NCBI GenBank assembly: GCA_046075765.1
Contig: JBJTQS010000087.1
Coordinates: 1 to 33,386 of the forward strand
Origin: Bacteroidota bacterium
GTDB lineage: Bacteria; Bacteroidota; Bacteroidia; AKYH767-A; OLB10
DNA length: 33,386 nt
Reading direction: 5' to 3'
In this document: positions 26,311 to 33,386 of the stretch, in pieces
How positions within the stretch are numbered: the first letter of the stretch is position 1
Layout: every line of letters starts with the position of its first letter
Notes under the pieces: model-generated
Databases searched by the model: none
What the model was told of the DNA's origin: nothing
What the model saw: the letters and a program-made list of their open reading frames with translations, nothing else
Translations under genes and position numbers: made by a program

Positions 26311-26712
26311 ATGAAAAAATCGCTAATCCTGTTCACCTTATTGTTTTTCGGACTTGTTTCGTCACAAGTTTTTTCCGGTCCGCCGTCAAGTTGCAAGCCT
26401 GTTTTGGATGGCATTGTTGTAGAGGAATTAACTTTGGAAGCTCTCACCAAATGGTGTGATGCAACTCCGTTGATTGTACAATGCGACGACGGAAAACGAT
26501 ATGCATTACAGACTTTCCAAGTGAATTTTTTCACACTGAAGCCATTGGTGAATCGTGAATTTGGGATAGGAGAGGGCGGCATACCCCTCCGTGCACGCGA
26601 GGCCGTTGCCAAAGGAATGACTGGTGATGCTCTGATATTGAAAGAGGTAAAAGCCGCGGATGACAAAGGGAATACCATTTCCTTCCCTACAATGTCATTC
26701 AAGTTAAAGTGA
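26311..26712 (+). CDS. small secreted hypothetical protein (possibly GldM-C-terminal-like fold)
   Basis: Signal peptide MKKSLILFTLLFFGLVSSQVFS. The + strand reading is preferred over the antisense 169-aa ORF, which has no protein-like features. The domain guess is from memory of the family pattern only. Confidence 0.6.
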   Translation: MKKSLILFTLLFFGLVSSQVFSGPPSSCKPVLDGIVVEELTLEALTKWCDATPLIVQCDDGKRYALQTFQVNFFTLKPLVNREFGIGEGGIPLRAREAVAKGMTGDALILKEVKAADDKGNTISFPTMSFKLK

Positions 26713-26716
26713 TTGA

Positions 26717-27382
26717 ATGAAGGTATCCAAAGCCTTTTACAGGTTTTTGACTTCGCTCGATCCGGAACTTGGATTAGCAAAAGGTTATTCGGTCATTTAT
26801 CCGTATTCCGATCCGGAGGTTAAAAGGGTGCTTCGAATTTTTTGTGATACTTTTTATTCGGATAATGCCGAAAGGGTCTTGATGCTGGGTATCAATCCCG
26901 GTCGATTTGGTGCTGGTATTTCCGGAGTGCCTTTTACTGATCCGTATGCTCTCGAAGTGGATTGCGGAGTTGACAATGGATTTGAAAAGAGGCGAGAACT
27001 CTCCAGCTCATTCATTTACGATATGATAGATGCCTTCGGAGGAACAAAGTTGTTTTACAAGCATGTTTTACTAAGTTCGGTTTGTCCGCTTGGTTTTTTA
27101 CAAGGCACCAAGAATTTCAATTACTATGATTCTCAAAAATTGATTCAAAAGACCAGCGGCTTTATCCATTGGTCATTATCGGAACACATGAAAATGGGTG
27201 TAAGAACGGATAAGGTGATCGTTTTGGGAAAAAAGAATGCATCCTTTTTGTCGAACAATGAAACGTTTTCCAAGCTTTTCGGTGAAGTGCTGGTGTTGGA
27301 CCATCCTCGGTTTATCATGCAGTATCGATCCAAACGCAAATCAGAATATATCTCGGCTTACCTGAAGGCCATAAAATCTTGA
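26717..27382 (+). CDS. uracil-DNA glycosylase superfamily protein (SMUG2/DUF4918-like)
   Basis: LGINPGRFGAGISGVPFTDP resembles UDG motif 1 of the SMUG-like group. A DHP motif lies near the C-terminus (VLDHPRF). Confidence 0.7.
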   Translation: MKVSKAFYRFLTSLDPELGLAKGYSVIYPYSDPEVKRVLRIFCDTFYSDNAERVLMLGINPGRFGAGISGVPFTDPYALEVDCGVDNGFEKRRELSSSFIYDMIDAFGGTKLFYKHVLLSSVCPLGFLQGTKNFNYYDSQKLIQKTSGFIHWSLSEHMKMGVRTDKVIVLGKKNASFLSNNETFSKLFGEVLVLDHPRFIMQYRSKRKSEYISAYLKAIKS

Positions 27383-27462
27383 TGATTCACGGATGCGAGA
27401 AATAATAATTTATTTGATTAAATTTGCGATAATTAAATTAACTAACTATAAATCAATTTAAA

Positions 27463-28446
27463 ATGATGAAAAAACTACTACTTTCAATGTGCGCGTTGTC
27501 GTTGGCAGGCATCGTTAATGCTCAAAATGACACGCTTGTTTATGAGAATTTCGACGTGGACAACACTGCTAGTTACTTACCTGTAAATGGCGGTAACGAC
27601 CAAACATGGGTTAATCTTGATGCTGACGGAATTCCTGACTTCAACGGGCGTCCCCAAGAGTGGTTTTGGTCTGAAAGCGGTTTCGCTGATGTGGACTCTT
27701 CTGACGGCTGTTTGTTCAGTTCCTCATGGTTACAGGGTTTTGCTCCAGGAAATCGTAATTGGTTGATGACGCCTCCGATCACAATCGTTGATGCAAATGC
27801 ACAGTTGTCTTGGAAATCCGCTCCTCGTCAAACTCCAAGTTATGTAGATGGCTATTCAGTTTTGATTTCCACGACAGATAACAATGAAGCTAGCTTCACT
27901 AATGTGGCTTTCCAAGCAGGTCAATATCTGACCGGTCAAGGTCCATTGTATAGCGCCTATACTTTCTCCACTGGTTTCGTACATGGTGAAGACGGTACTT
28001 ATATTCAACCTGATCCAACTGCTACCGATGCTAATTTTGGAGAACAGCGTCCTTTCACCTACAGCCTTGCACAGTACCAAGGACAAACTATCTACATCGC
28101 TTTCTTGCACGATGCTGATGATGACAACTTGATTTCATTGGATGACATCTTGGTTACAGGAACTTTCGCAAGTTTGAGCGAGAATGCTGCTGACGTAGCT
28201 TTGAGCGTATTCCCAAATCCGGCTGTTGAAAAAATCGAGCTGAGCTACATGCTTGAGAAGACCGGACAAGTATATGCTGAAATCTACGACGCTAAAGGTG
28301 CAAAGGTTATGGATATCAGTCGTGGTTTTCAGATTGCCGGAAATCAGAAGCTTGCTATCAATGTTGCTTCTCTACAATCAGGTATCTACAACGTGGTTCT
28401 TAACGCTGCTGGCAAAAACGTTTCAGCCAAATTCGTTAAGCAATAA
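27463..28446 (+). CDS. T9SS-secreted protein (type A C-terminal sorting domain)
   Basis: Signal peptide, an N-terminal beta-sandwich-like module, and the C-terminal tail SVFPNPAVEKIELSY...LQSGIYNVVLNAAGKNVSAKFVKQ. Confidence 0.85.
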   Translation: MMKKLLLSMCALSLAGIVNAQNDTLVYENFDVDNTASYLPVNGGNDQTWVNLDADGIPDFNGRPQEWFWSESGFADVDSSDGCLFSSSWLQGFAPGNRNWLMTPPITIVDANAQLSWKSAPRQTPSYVDGYSVLISTTDNNEASFTNVAFQAGQYLTGQGPLYSAYTFSTGFVHGEDGTYIQPDPTATDANFGEQRPFTYSLAQYQGQTIYIAFLHDADDDNLISLDDILVTGTFASLSENAADVALSVFPNPAVEKIELSYMLEKTGQVYAEIYDAKGAKVMDISRGFQIAGNQKLAINVASLQSGIYNVVLNAAGKNVSAKFVKQ

Positions 28447-28466
28447 ATCGTATTACTAACGTAATG

Positions 28467-28503
28467 CAAAACGGGCATCCCCACAAGGGTGCCCGTTTTT
28501 TAT
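28467..28503. terminator. bidirectional rho-independent terminator between convergent genes
   Basis: The sequence is AAAACGGGCATCCC-CACAA-GGGTGCCCGTTTTTT. The GC-rich stem of about 10 bp is flanked by an A-run and a T-run, so it can act on both strands. Confidence 0.85.
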
Positions 28504-28817
28504 TCCATGAAATCCAAAGCACTTTGAAGCTCAGAAACCGTCTTTTGGTCTCCTGTATTTCTGGCTACTCCAATTCCTATTGAATAAAGTTTCGAAGCCA
28601 TTTCATTGTTGCCTAATGACTCTTCAAGTTTGCCAAACTGGTAATAATTCGCTAAGTAGGTGGGGTGGTTTTCAAAAACATATTGGAAAAGCGTCCTTGC
28701 GTCATCAAAATCCCCTGCATTCAAATACTCCAAAGCCAATGCATAATGGTTGAAAGGGTCGGATGGGTCCTCCATTATGAACGTTTTTAGCATTTCTATT
28801 CGGTTCGCCGTCATCAA
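28500..28817 (-). CDS. small TPR-like protein
   Basis: 105 aa, all-helical. TPR-like segments YALALEYLNAGDFDDARTLFQYVFENHP and YYQFGKLEESLGNNEMASKLY. Confidence 0.7.
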   Translation of the reverse strand: MMTANRIEMLKTFIMEDPSDPFNHYALALEYLNAGDFDDARTLFQYVFENHPTYLANYYQFGKLEESLGNNEMASKLYSIGIGVARNTGDQKTVSELQSALDFME

Positions 28818-28874
28818 TATCCTCTTAAAAGGCCTAATTTACTACCTTTGCAGCCCGTAAAAACCTTTTTAGAA

Positions 28875-29612
28875 ATGAAAATTCTGGTTTGTATCAGCAA
28901 CGTTCCCGACACCACTTCCAAGATTAATTTCACTCCCGATAACAAGGAGTTTGTTTCCGCAGGGTTACAATACATTATAAACCCTTACGATGAAATCGCT
29001 CTCACTCGTGCCCTCGAGCTTACTGAGGCTGCTGGCGGTACGGTTACCGTGATCAATGTAGGCGATGCTTCCACAGAGCCAACCATCCGAAAGGCCTTGG
29101 CGATAGGGGCAAATGATGCTGTTCGTGTCAACTCAACCCCTCGTGATGCCTGGTTTGTGGCATCCCAAATCGCCGCTTTTGCCAATTCAGGAAGTTATGA
29201 TTTGGTTCTCACTGGTAGGGAGTCAATTGATTACAACGGTTCCCAGGTGGCTGCAATGCTTGGTGAGTTGCTGGGTATGCCATCGGTATCAATCTGCAAA
29301 TCCTTGAACATTAGTGATGGTAAAGCTGTTTTAGAAAGGGAAATTGAAGGTGGTAAAGAAGTGATTCATTGTCCGCTTCCAGTTGTTGTAAGCGCTACCG
29401 AAGGCATGGCAGAACCCCGTATTCCCAACATGCGCGGAATCATGTCGGCTCGCACCAAGCCCTTGCAGGTAGTGGAGCCATCCGATGTTCCTGCATTTAC
29501 CACAGTACTCGGTTACGACAAGCCATCTGCGCGTAGCCAGGTGAAATTGGTTGAGTCTGACCAAACCGATCAGCTCGTTGGCATGTTACACTCTATTGCA
29601 AAGGTTATCTGA
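28875..29612 (+). CDS. etfB: electron transfer flavoprotein beta subunit
   Basis: I place the start at the ATG at 28875 (MKILVCISNVPDTTSKINF). The ETF-beta pattern INPYDEIALTRALEL...DLVLTGRESIDYNGSQV is present. Confidence 0.9.
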   Translation: MKILVCISNVPDTTSKINFTPDNKEFVSAGLQYIINPYDEIALTRALELTEAAGGTVTVINVGDASTEPTIRKALAIGANDAVRVNSTPRDAWFVASQIAAFANSGSYDLVLTGRESIDYNGSQVAAMLGELLGMPSVSICKSLNISDGKAVLEREIEGGKEVIHCPLPVVVSATEGMAEPRIPNMRGIMSARTKPLQVVEPSDVPAFTTVLGYDKPSARSQVKLVESDQTDQLVGMLHSIAKVI

Positions 29613-29635
29613 TAACACTATAAAATCCCAAGCAA

Positions 29636-30613
29636 ATGTCTGTTCTGGTTTATTGCGAAAACGCTTCAGGAAGCTTCAAGAAATCAACCTATGAAGTATT
29701 GTCCTACGGGGCTTCGATTGCAGAAATGTTGGGCACCAATTTGGTTGCCATTTCCATTGGAAATGTATCTGCAGAATCTCTTTCAGATCTGTCCAAATAT
29801 GGAGCCCAGAAAGTGCTTCATGTTTCTGGCGACAAGCTCAAAAACTTTGTGAATACCGCATACGGACATATCATAAGCGCCGCAGCTAAATCTGTGGATG
29901 CATCGGTGGTTGTTATGGCTGCCTCCTTCTCGGGAAAAGGTTTGGCTCCTCGAGTTGCGGTAAGACTTTCTGCCGGTTTGGTTGATGGTGCTGTTTCTTT
30001 ACCTGACACGAGCAACGGCTTTGTTGTGCGTAAGAATGCATTTTCTGGCAAGGCTTTCGCAGATGTTTCTGTTACTAGTTCCGTAAAGGTTATCACGCTT
30101 GTTCCTAACTCGTACAAGGTTTTGGAGAAAAAGGTAGATTTTGTTTCTGAAGAGTTCTCTCCATCAGTTGATGAAAATGGGTTTGCAGAAATGGTTCAAG
30201 AAATTGTTAAGGCTTCCGACAAGGTTTCTCTTCCTGAAGCTGAGTTGGTGGTTTCGGCTGGTCGTGGTTTAAAAGGCCCTGAAAACTGGGGTATGGTTGA
30301 GGAATTGGCCTCTTTGTTAGGAGCCGCCACAGCATGCAGTAAACCTGTTTCAGATGCACATTGGAGGCCACATTCTGAACACGTTGGTCAGACCGGCATC
30401 GCAGTGAGTCCAAACCTCTACATTGCTATCGGTATTTCAGGTGCCATACAGCACTTGGCTGGCGTTAGTGCTTCCAAGACGATTGTCGTGATCAATAAAG
30501 ACCCCGAAGCGCCATTTTTCAAGGCTGCCGATTATGGTATTGTTGGGGATGCCTTTGAGGTGGTACCTCGACTGATAGAATCAATCCGCAAATTCAAGGC
30601 AAACGCCGCATAA
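29636..30613 (+). CDS. etfA: electron transfer flavoprotein alpha subunit
   Basis: The C-terminal FAD-binding signature VGQTGIAVSPNLYIAIGISGAIQHLAGV is present. The gene lies directly downstream of etfB. Confidence 0.92.
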   Translation: MSVLVYCENASGSFKKSTYEVLSYGASIAEMLGTNLVAISIGNVSAESLSDLSKYGAQKVLHVSGDKLKNFVNTAYGHIISAAAKSVDASVVVMAASFSGKGLAPRVAVRLSAGLVDGAVSLPDTSNGFVVRKNAFSGKAFADVSVTSSVKVITLVPNSYKVLEKKVDFVSEEFSPSVDENGFAEMVQEIVKASDKVSLPEAELVVSAGRGLKGPENWGMVEELASLLGAATACSKPVSDAHWRPHSEHVGQTGIAVSPNLYIAIGISGAIQHLAGVSASKTIVVINKDPEAPFFKAADYGIVGDAFEVVPRLIESIRKFKANAA

Positions 30614-30677
30614 AAACTTGAAAACCTGCAATATATTTCGTATATTTAAGGTTAATAACGTCGTCTGATCATTATTG

Positions 30678-31340
30678 ATGGATAAAGTTCGCCTCGAGTT
30701 TTCGTCATTATCGCCAAGCCAATACCAGCATGGTGCCTACACATTGGAGCTGGTTGAGGCGGATGGACGAAGGATGCTCAAGATTGCCATTGGGATGTTT
30801 GAGGCTCAGTCGATTGCCATCGAATTGGAGCACATGACTCCAAGTAGACCCCTAACTCACGATTTGTTCAAAAGCCTGGCCTCGTCTTTCAATATCGAAA
30901 TGTTGGAGGTGGTTATCTATAAACTAAAAGAAGGTGTGTTTTTCTCGCATTTGGTATTCAGTGACGGAATAATTACCCACGAAATTGACTCTCGGACTTC
31001 GGATGCGATTGCTTTGGCTGTTCGATTCAATTGTCCCATTTCCACTTACAGCTCAATATTGGATCAGGCTGGCATAGTTAAAGATGGGAAGGAGGAAGCG
31101 GAATCAAAGGCGTTGCCTCCAAGTGCTGCCGAGTCAACTCAGCCATTTTCCCCAAAACCAAGGCCAGCAAAACGCACCGGCGTTGGCAATAAGTCTGGTG
31201 AGTTTTCATCCCTCAGTGAAGAAGAGCTGAACGATTCATTGAACAGGGCATTGGAGGATGAAGCTTACGAATTGGCCTCCAAAATCAGAGACGAAATAAA
31301 CAAGAGAAAGTCAACTGGCATCAGAGACGGTAGATCCTGA
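30678..31340 (+). CDS. bifunctional nuclease (DUF151/BFN) with a C-terminal UVR motif
   Basis: BFN core PLTHDLFKSLASSFNIEMLEVVIYKLKEGVFFSHL...IDSRTSDAIALAVRFNCPI. The C-terminal LNRALEDEAYELASKIRDEI is a UvrB/C-type motif. ATG at 30678. Confidence 0.82.
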   Translation: MDKVRLEFSSLSPSQYQHGAYTLELVEADGRRMLKIAIGMFEAQSIAIELEHMTPSRPLTHDLFKSLASSFNIEMLEVVIYKLKEGVFFSHLVFSDGIITHEIDSRTSDAIALAVRFNCPISTYSSILDQAGIVKDGKEEAESKALPPSAAESTQPFSPKPRPAKRTGVGNKSGEFSSLSEEELNDSLNRALEDEAYELASKIRDEINKRKSTGIRDGRS

Positions 31341-31351
31341 CCATTCCTTCT

Positions 31352-32953
31352 TTAGCACTTGCCTGCGGCGACTTGAGTTTCCAGTTTTTCAAAAAGCTCT
31401 TCTGGAACAAATGGTTTAGATATATATTCGTTAACTCCTGATTCAAAGCATTTTAAGATTTCTTCAGGGGTAGCATTCGCCGTCATAGCCATGATCCTGA
31501 CCTGTGCCTTTTTGTTGCCTAAAGCACGGATGGTTCGGGTGGCTTCATAGCCATCCATCTCAGGCATTTGGATGTCCATTAACACAATATCATATTCGTA
31601 TTTGGTGACCATTTCCACGGCTTCTAAGCCGTTGGATGCATGTTCTATCTGTACTCCCGGGTACTGTTCCAGGATAGTGTCTTCGGCTACGATTTTATTG
31701 AAGTCGTTGTCTTCAACTAATAATATGCGGGTGCTTGGAGTTAGTTTGAATCTATTTAAATTGCTATCCGATAGCGATTTATGGTCGTTTGCCGTTCCGA
31801 TTTCGTAAGGGATATTGAAATAGAACCTAGTCCCAAGGCCGATTTTACTTTCAAGTCCTATGTTTCCGCCTTGCAACTCGGCGAGTTGCTTGCAAATGGT
31901 AAGTCCGAGCCCGGTTCCCCCGTATTTTCTACTGGTGTCGCTGTTAGCCTGTGTGAAGCTCTCAAAAATGGAGCTTAATTTCTCTTGAGCGATTCCAATG
32001 CCCGTATCTGCAACGCTAAATTCAATATCACATAAAAGATTGGAAATGTATTTTATATCACATTTTATTTCAATAAATCCTTCATGCGTAAATTTAATTG
32101 AGTTACCAACCAGGTTTATCAGGATTTGGGCGAGTTTGGAGGGGTCGCCAAGAAGGGTATTGGGGATATCGGGGTGGACATTCAGTTTGAGCTCCAGGTT
32201 TCTTTCCTGTGCTTTGAAAATCAACATATTTCTAACATTTTCAATGACTTGCCGGATATTGAAGTCGATTTTCTCGAAAGTCATTTTTCCAGCCTCAATT
32301 TTTGAAATGTCGAGGATATCGTTGATAATGGACATCAATTGTTCTGATGCCGCCTGAATCATGGAAATGTATTTATGTTGTTGTTCAGATAGTTCGGTCT
32401 TTAAAAGCAAGTTGGTGATGCCAATAACCGAATTCATCGGTGTTCGAATTTCATGGCTCATATTAGCCAGAAACTGTTGTTTAAATCTTTCGGACGATTG
32501 GGCTTTCTCTTTTTCTGTAACTGCCTGATCTCTTTGCACTAATGCATCCTGTGCCATTTTCGACTCATCAATGGCATGAAATGTTTTGGTAACGGTGGTT
32601 TCCAGGTCGATAAAGTCAATTGGCTTGGTTATAAAGTCGAAAGCACCCCGGTTCATGGCGGTCCTAATGTTCTGAATATCCGTGTATGCCGATACTACAA
32701 TGGATTTGATTGGTAGTTGACGGTCAGAGCAGGCTTGTAAGAGCTCTAATCCGTTCATTACAGGCATGTTAATGTCGGTGAGCATCAGCTCAATTTCCGG
32801 ATGCATCAAAAGCTTTTCCAGGGCCTCGGTACCGTTTCCGGCGAATTGGAAGACCTTTTCGCCAGTTGCAATTGCCTTTCTGAATCGCTGCCTAATCAGC
32901 AATTCCATATCAGGTTCGTCGTCGACTACCAGTATATATCGCGTTTGGGACAT
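31352..32953 (-). CDS. hybrid sensor histidine kinase/response regulator (REC-HisKA-HATPase-REC)
   Basis: ATG at 32953 ([15 protein letters not shown]). N-terminal receiver (LMLTDINMP), H-box [17 protein letters not shown]-boxes DTGIGI and [11 protein letters not shown], and a C-terminal receiver ([10 protein letters not shown]...[12 protein letters not shown]). I see no transmembrane or obvious sensor domain. Confidence 0.88.
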   Translation of the reverse strand: MSQTRYILVVDDEPDMELLIRQRFRKAIATGEKVFQFAGNGTEALEKLLMHPEIELMLTDINMPVMNGLELLQACSDRQLPIKSIVVSAYTDIQNIRTAMNRGAFDFITKPIDFIDLETTVTKTFHAIDESKMAQDALVQRDQAVTEKEKAQSSERFKQQFLANMSHEIRTPMNSVIGITNLLLKTELSEQQHKYISMIQAASEQLMSIINDILDISKIEAGKMTFEKIDFNIRQVIENVRNMLIFKAQERNLELKLNVHPDIPNTLLGDPSKLAQILINLVGNSIKFTHEGFIEIKCDIKYISNLLCDIEFSVADTGIGIAQEKLSSIFESFTQANSDTSRKYGGTGLGLTICKQLAELQGGNIGLESKIGLGTRFYFNIPYEIGTANDHKSLSDSNLNRFKLTPSTRILLVEDNDFNKIVAEDTILEQYPGVQIEHASNGLEAVEMVTKYEYDIVLMDIQMPEMDGYEATRTIRALGNKKAQVRIMAMTANATPEEILKCFESGVNEYISKPFVPEELFEKLETQVAAGKC

Positions 32954-33180
32954 GGGTTCTAACGCCTTTAAATCTATCGCCAAATTAGGCTTTTTTATCT
33001 GATGGTTTTTGGGCGATGTTCAAGTGAGTCTTATCACATGATTTTCAGCTATTTGATATTTTTTAACAGAATTTGGTTTGGAATAATTCTTGTTAACCTA
33101 TATTAATGAACTGTAATTCAAATTGTTAAGTATGTTTTTGTGCATCTAAAACCAAGTTTAGTATTTTTTTTAAAGTGCTG

Positions 33181-33211
33181 ATTGAAAATTGAAAAACATC
33201 TTGTACCTTTG
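33181..33211 (+). promoter_or_regulatory. probable rpsL promoter
   Basis: -7 TACCTTTG (33204-33211) matches TAnnTTTG exactly. A -33-like ATTG (33181-33184) lies 19 nt upstream. The promoter is about 55 nt upstream of the rpsL ATG. Confidence 0.5.
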
Positions 33212-33266
33212 CCCTTCCCAAAAAAGGGGGTTTCCAAGCCCCGAAAAATTAATACTAGATCGCACA

Positions 33267-33386
33267 ATGCCAACGATTCAGCAACTAGTTCGAAAAGGAC
33301 GTATCAAATTGGAGGACAAGAGTAAGTCTCCTGCATTAACATCTTGCCCACAGCGCAGAGGTGTTTGTACGCGTGTTTACACGACC
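33267..33386 (+). CDS. rpsL: 30S ribosomal protein S12, 3'-truncated by the window edge
   Basis: [40 protein letters not shown] is the highly conserved S12 N-terminus. The ORF runs off the end of the window. Confidence 0.95.
   Translation, partial: MPTIQQLVRKGRIKLEDKSKSPALTSCPQRRGVCTRVYTT

Noticed and set aside
33212-33266. Small hairpins in the rpsL leader (CCC-A6-GGG and GGGG-N8-CCCC) as a ribosomal-protein leader or attenuator.
   Set aside because: The stems are only 3-4 bp, no U-tract follows, and I know of no matching described leader. This is too weak to call without covariation data.

Overview
The window is a chromosomal segment from a Bacteroidota genome. The phylum call rests on four C-terminal sorting tails typical of type IX secretion (T9SS), TAnnTTTG-type -7 promoter boxes, and heptanucleotide microsatellites next to a four-helix-bundle gene. 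Most genes are ordinary housekeeping genes: plsY, clpS, aat, a type-3B transaldolase/fsa, a 2-oxoacid dehydrogenase E2, a DnaQ-like exonuclease, mnmA, etfBA, a bifunctional nuclease, a hybrid histidine kinase and the start of rpsL. There is also a block of T9SS-secreted proteins that includes an S8 protease. I found no tRNA or rRNA, CRISPR array, transposase, integrase, or recognisable phage-defence or toxin-antitoxin system. The unusual part is about 5.0-11.9 kb, an SOS-like translesion-synthesis locus with several oddities. (1) The LexA-like HTH/S24 repressor gene is split by a 1-nt frameshift. (2) A ~49-nt block with two 11-mers spaced 23 bp apart sits at the repressor promoter and again upstream of dinB. 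(3) The dinB ORF is bracketed by reverse-complementary heptamer arrays. (4) A four-helix-bundle (23S rRNA intervening-sequence, IVS, family) gene with 15-bp terminal inverted repeats lies antisense between dinB and a PHP-degenerate dnaE2. A 23-nt repeat core from the repeat-dense spacer at 6.78 kb recurs in frame inside the flexible linker of the E2 gene at 14.06 kb. All functional interpretations are inference from reading the sequence by eye; no searches or folding calculations were run.
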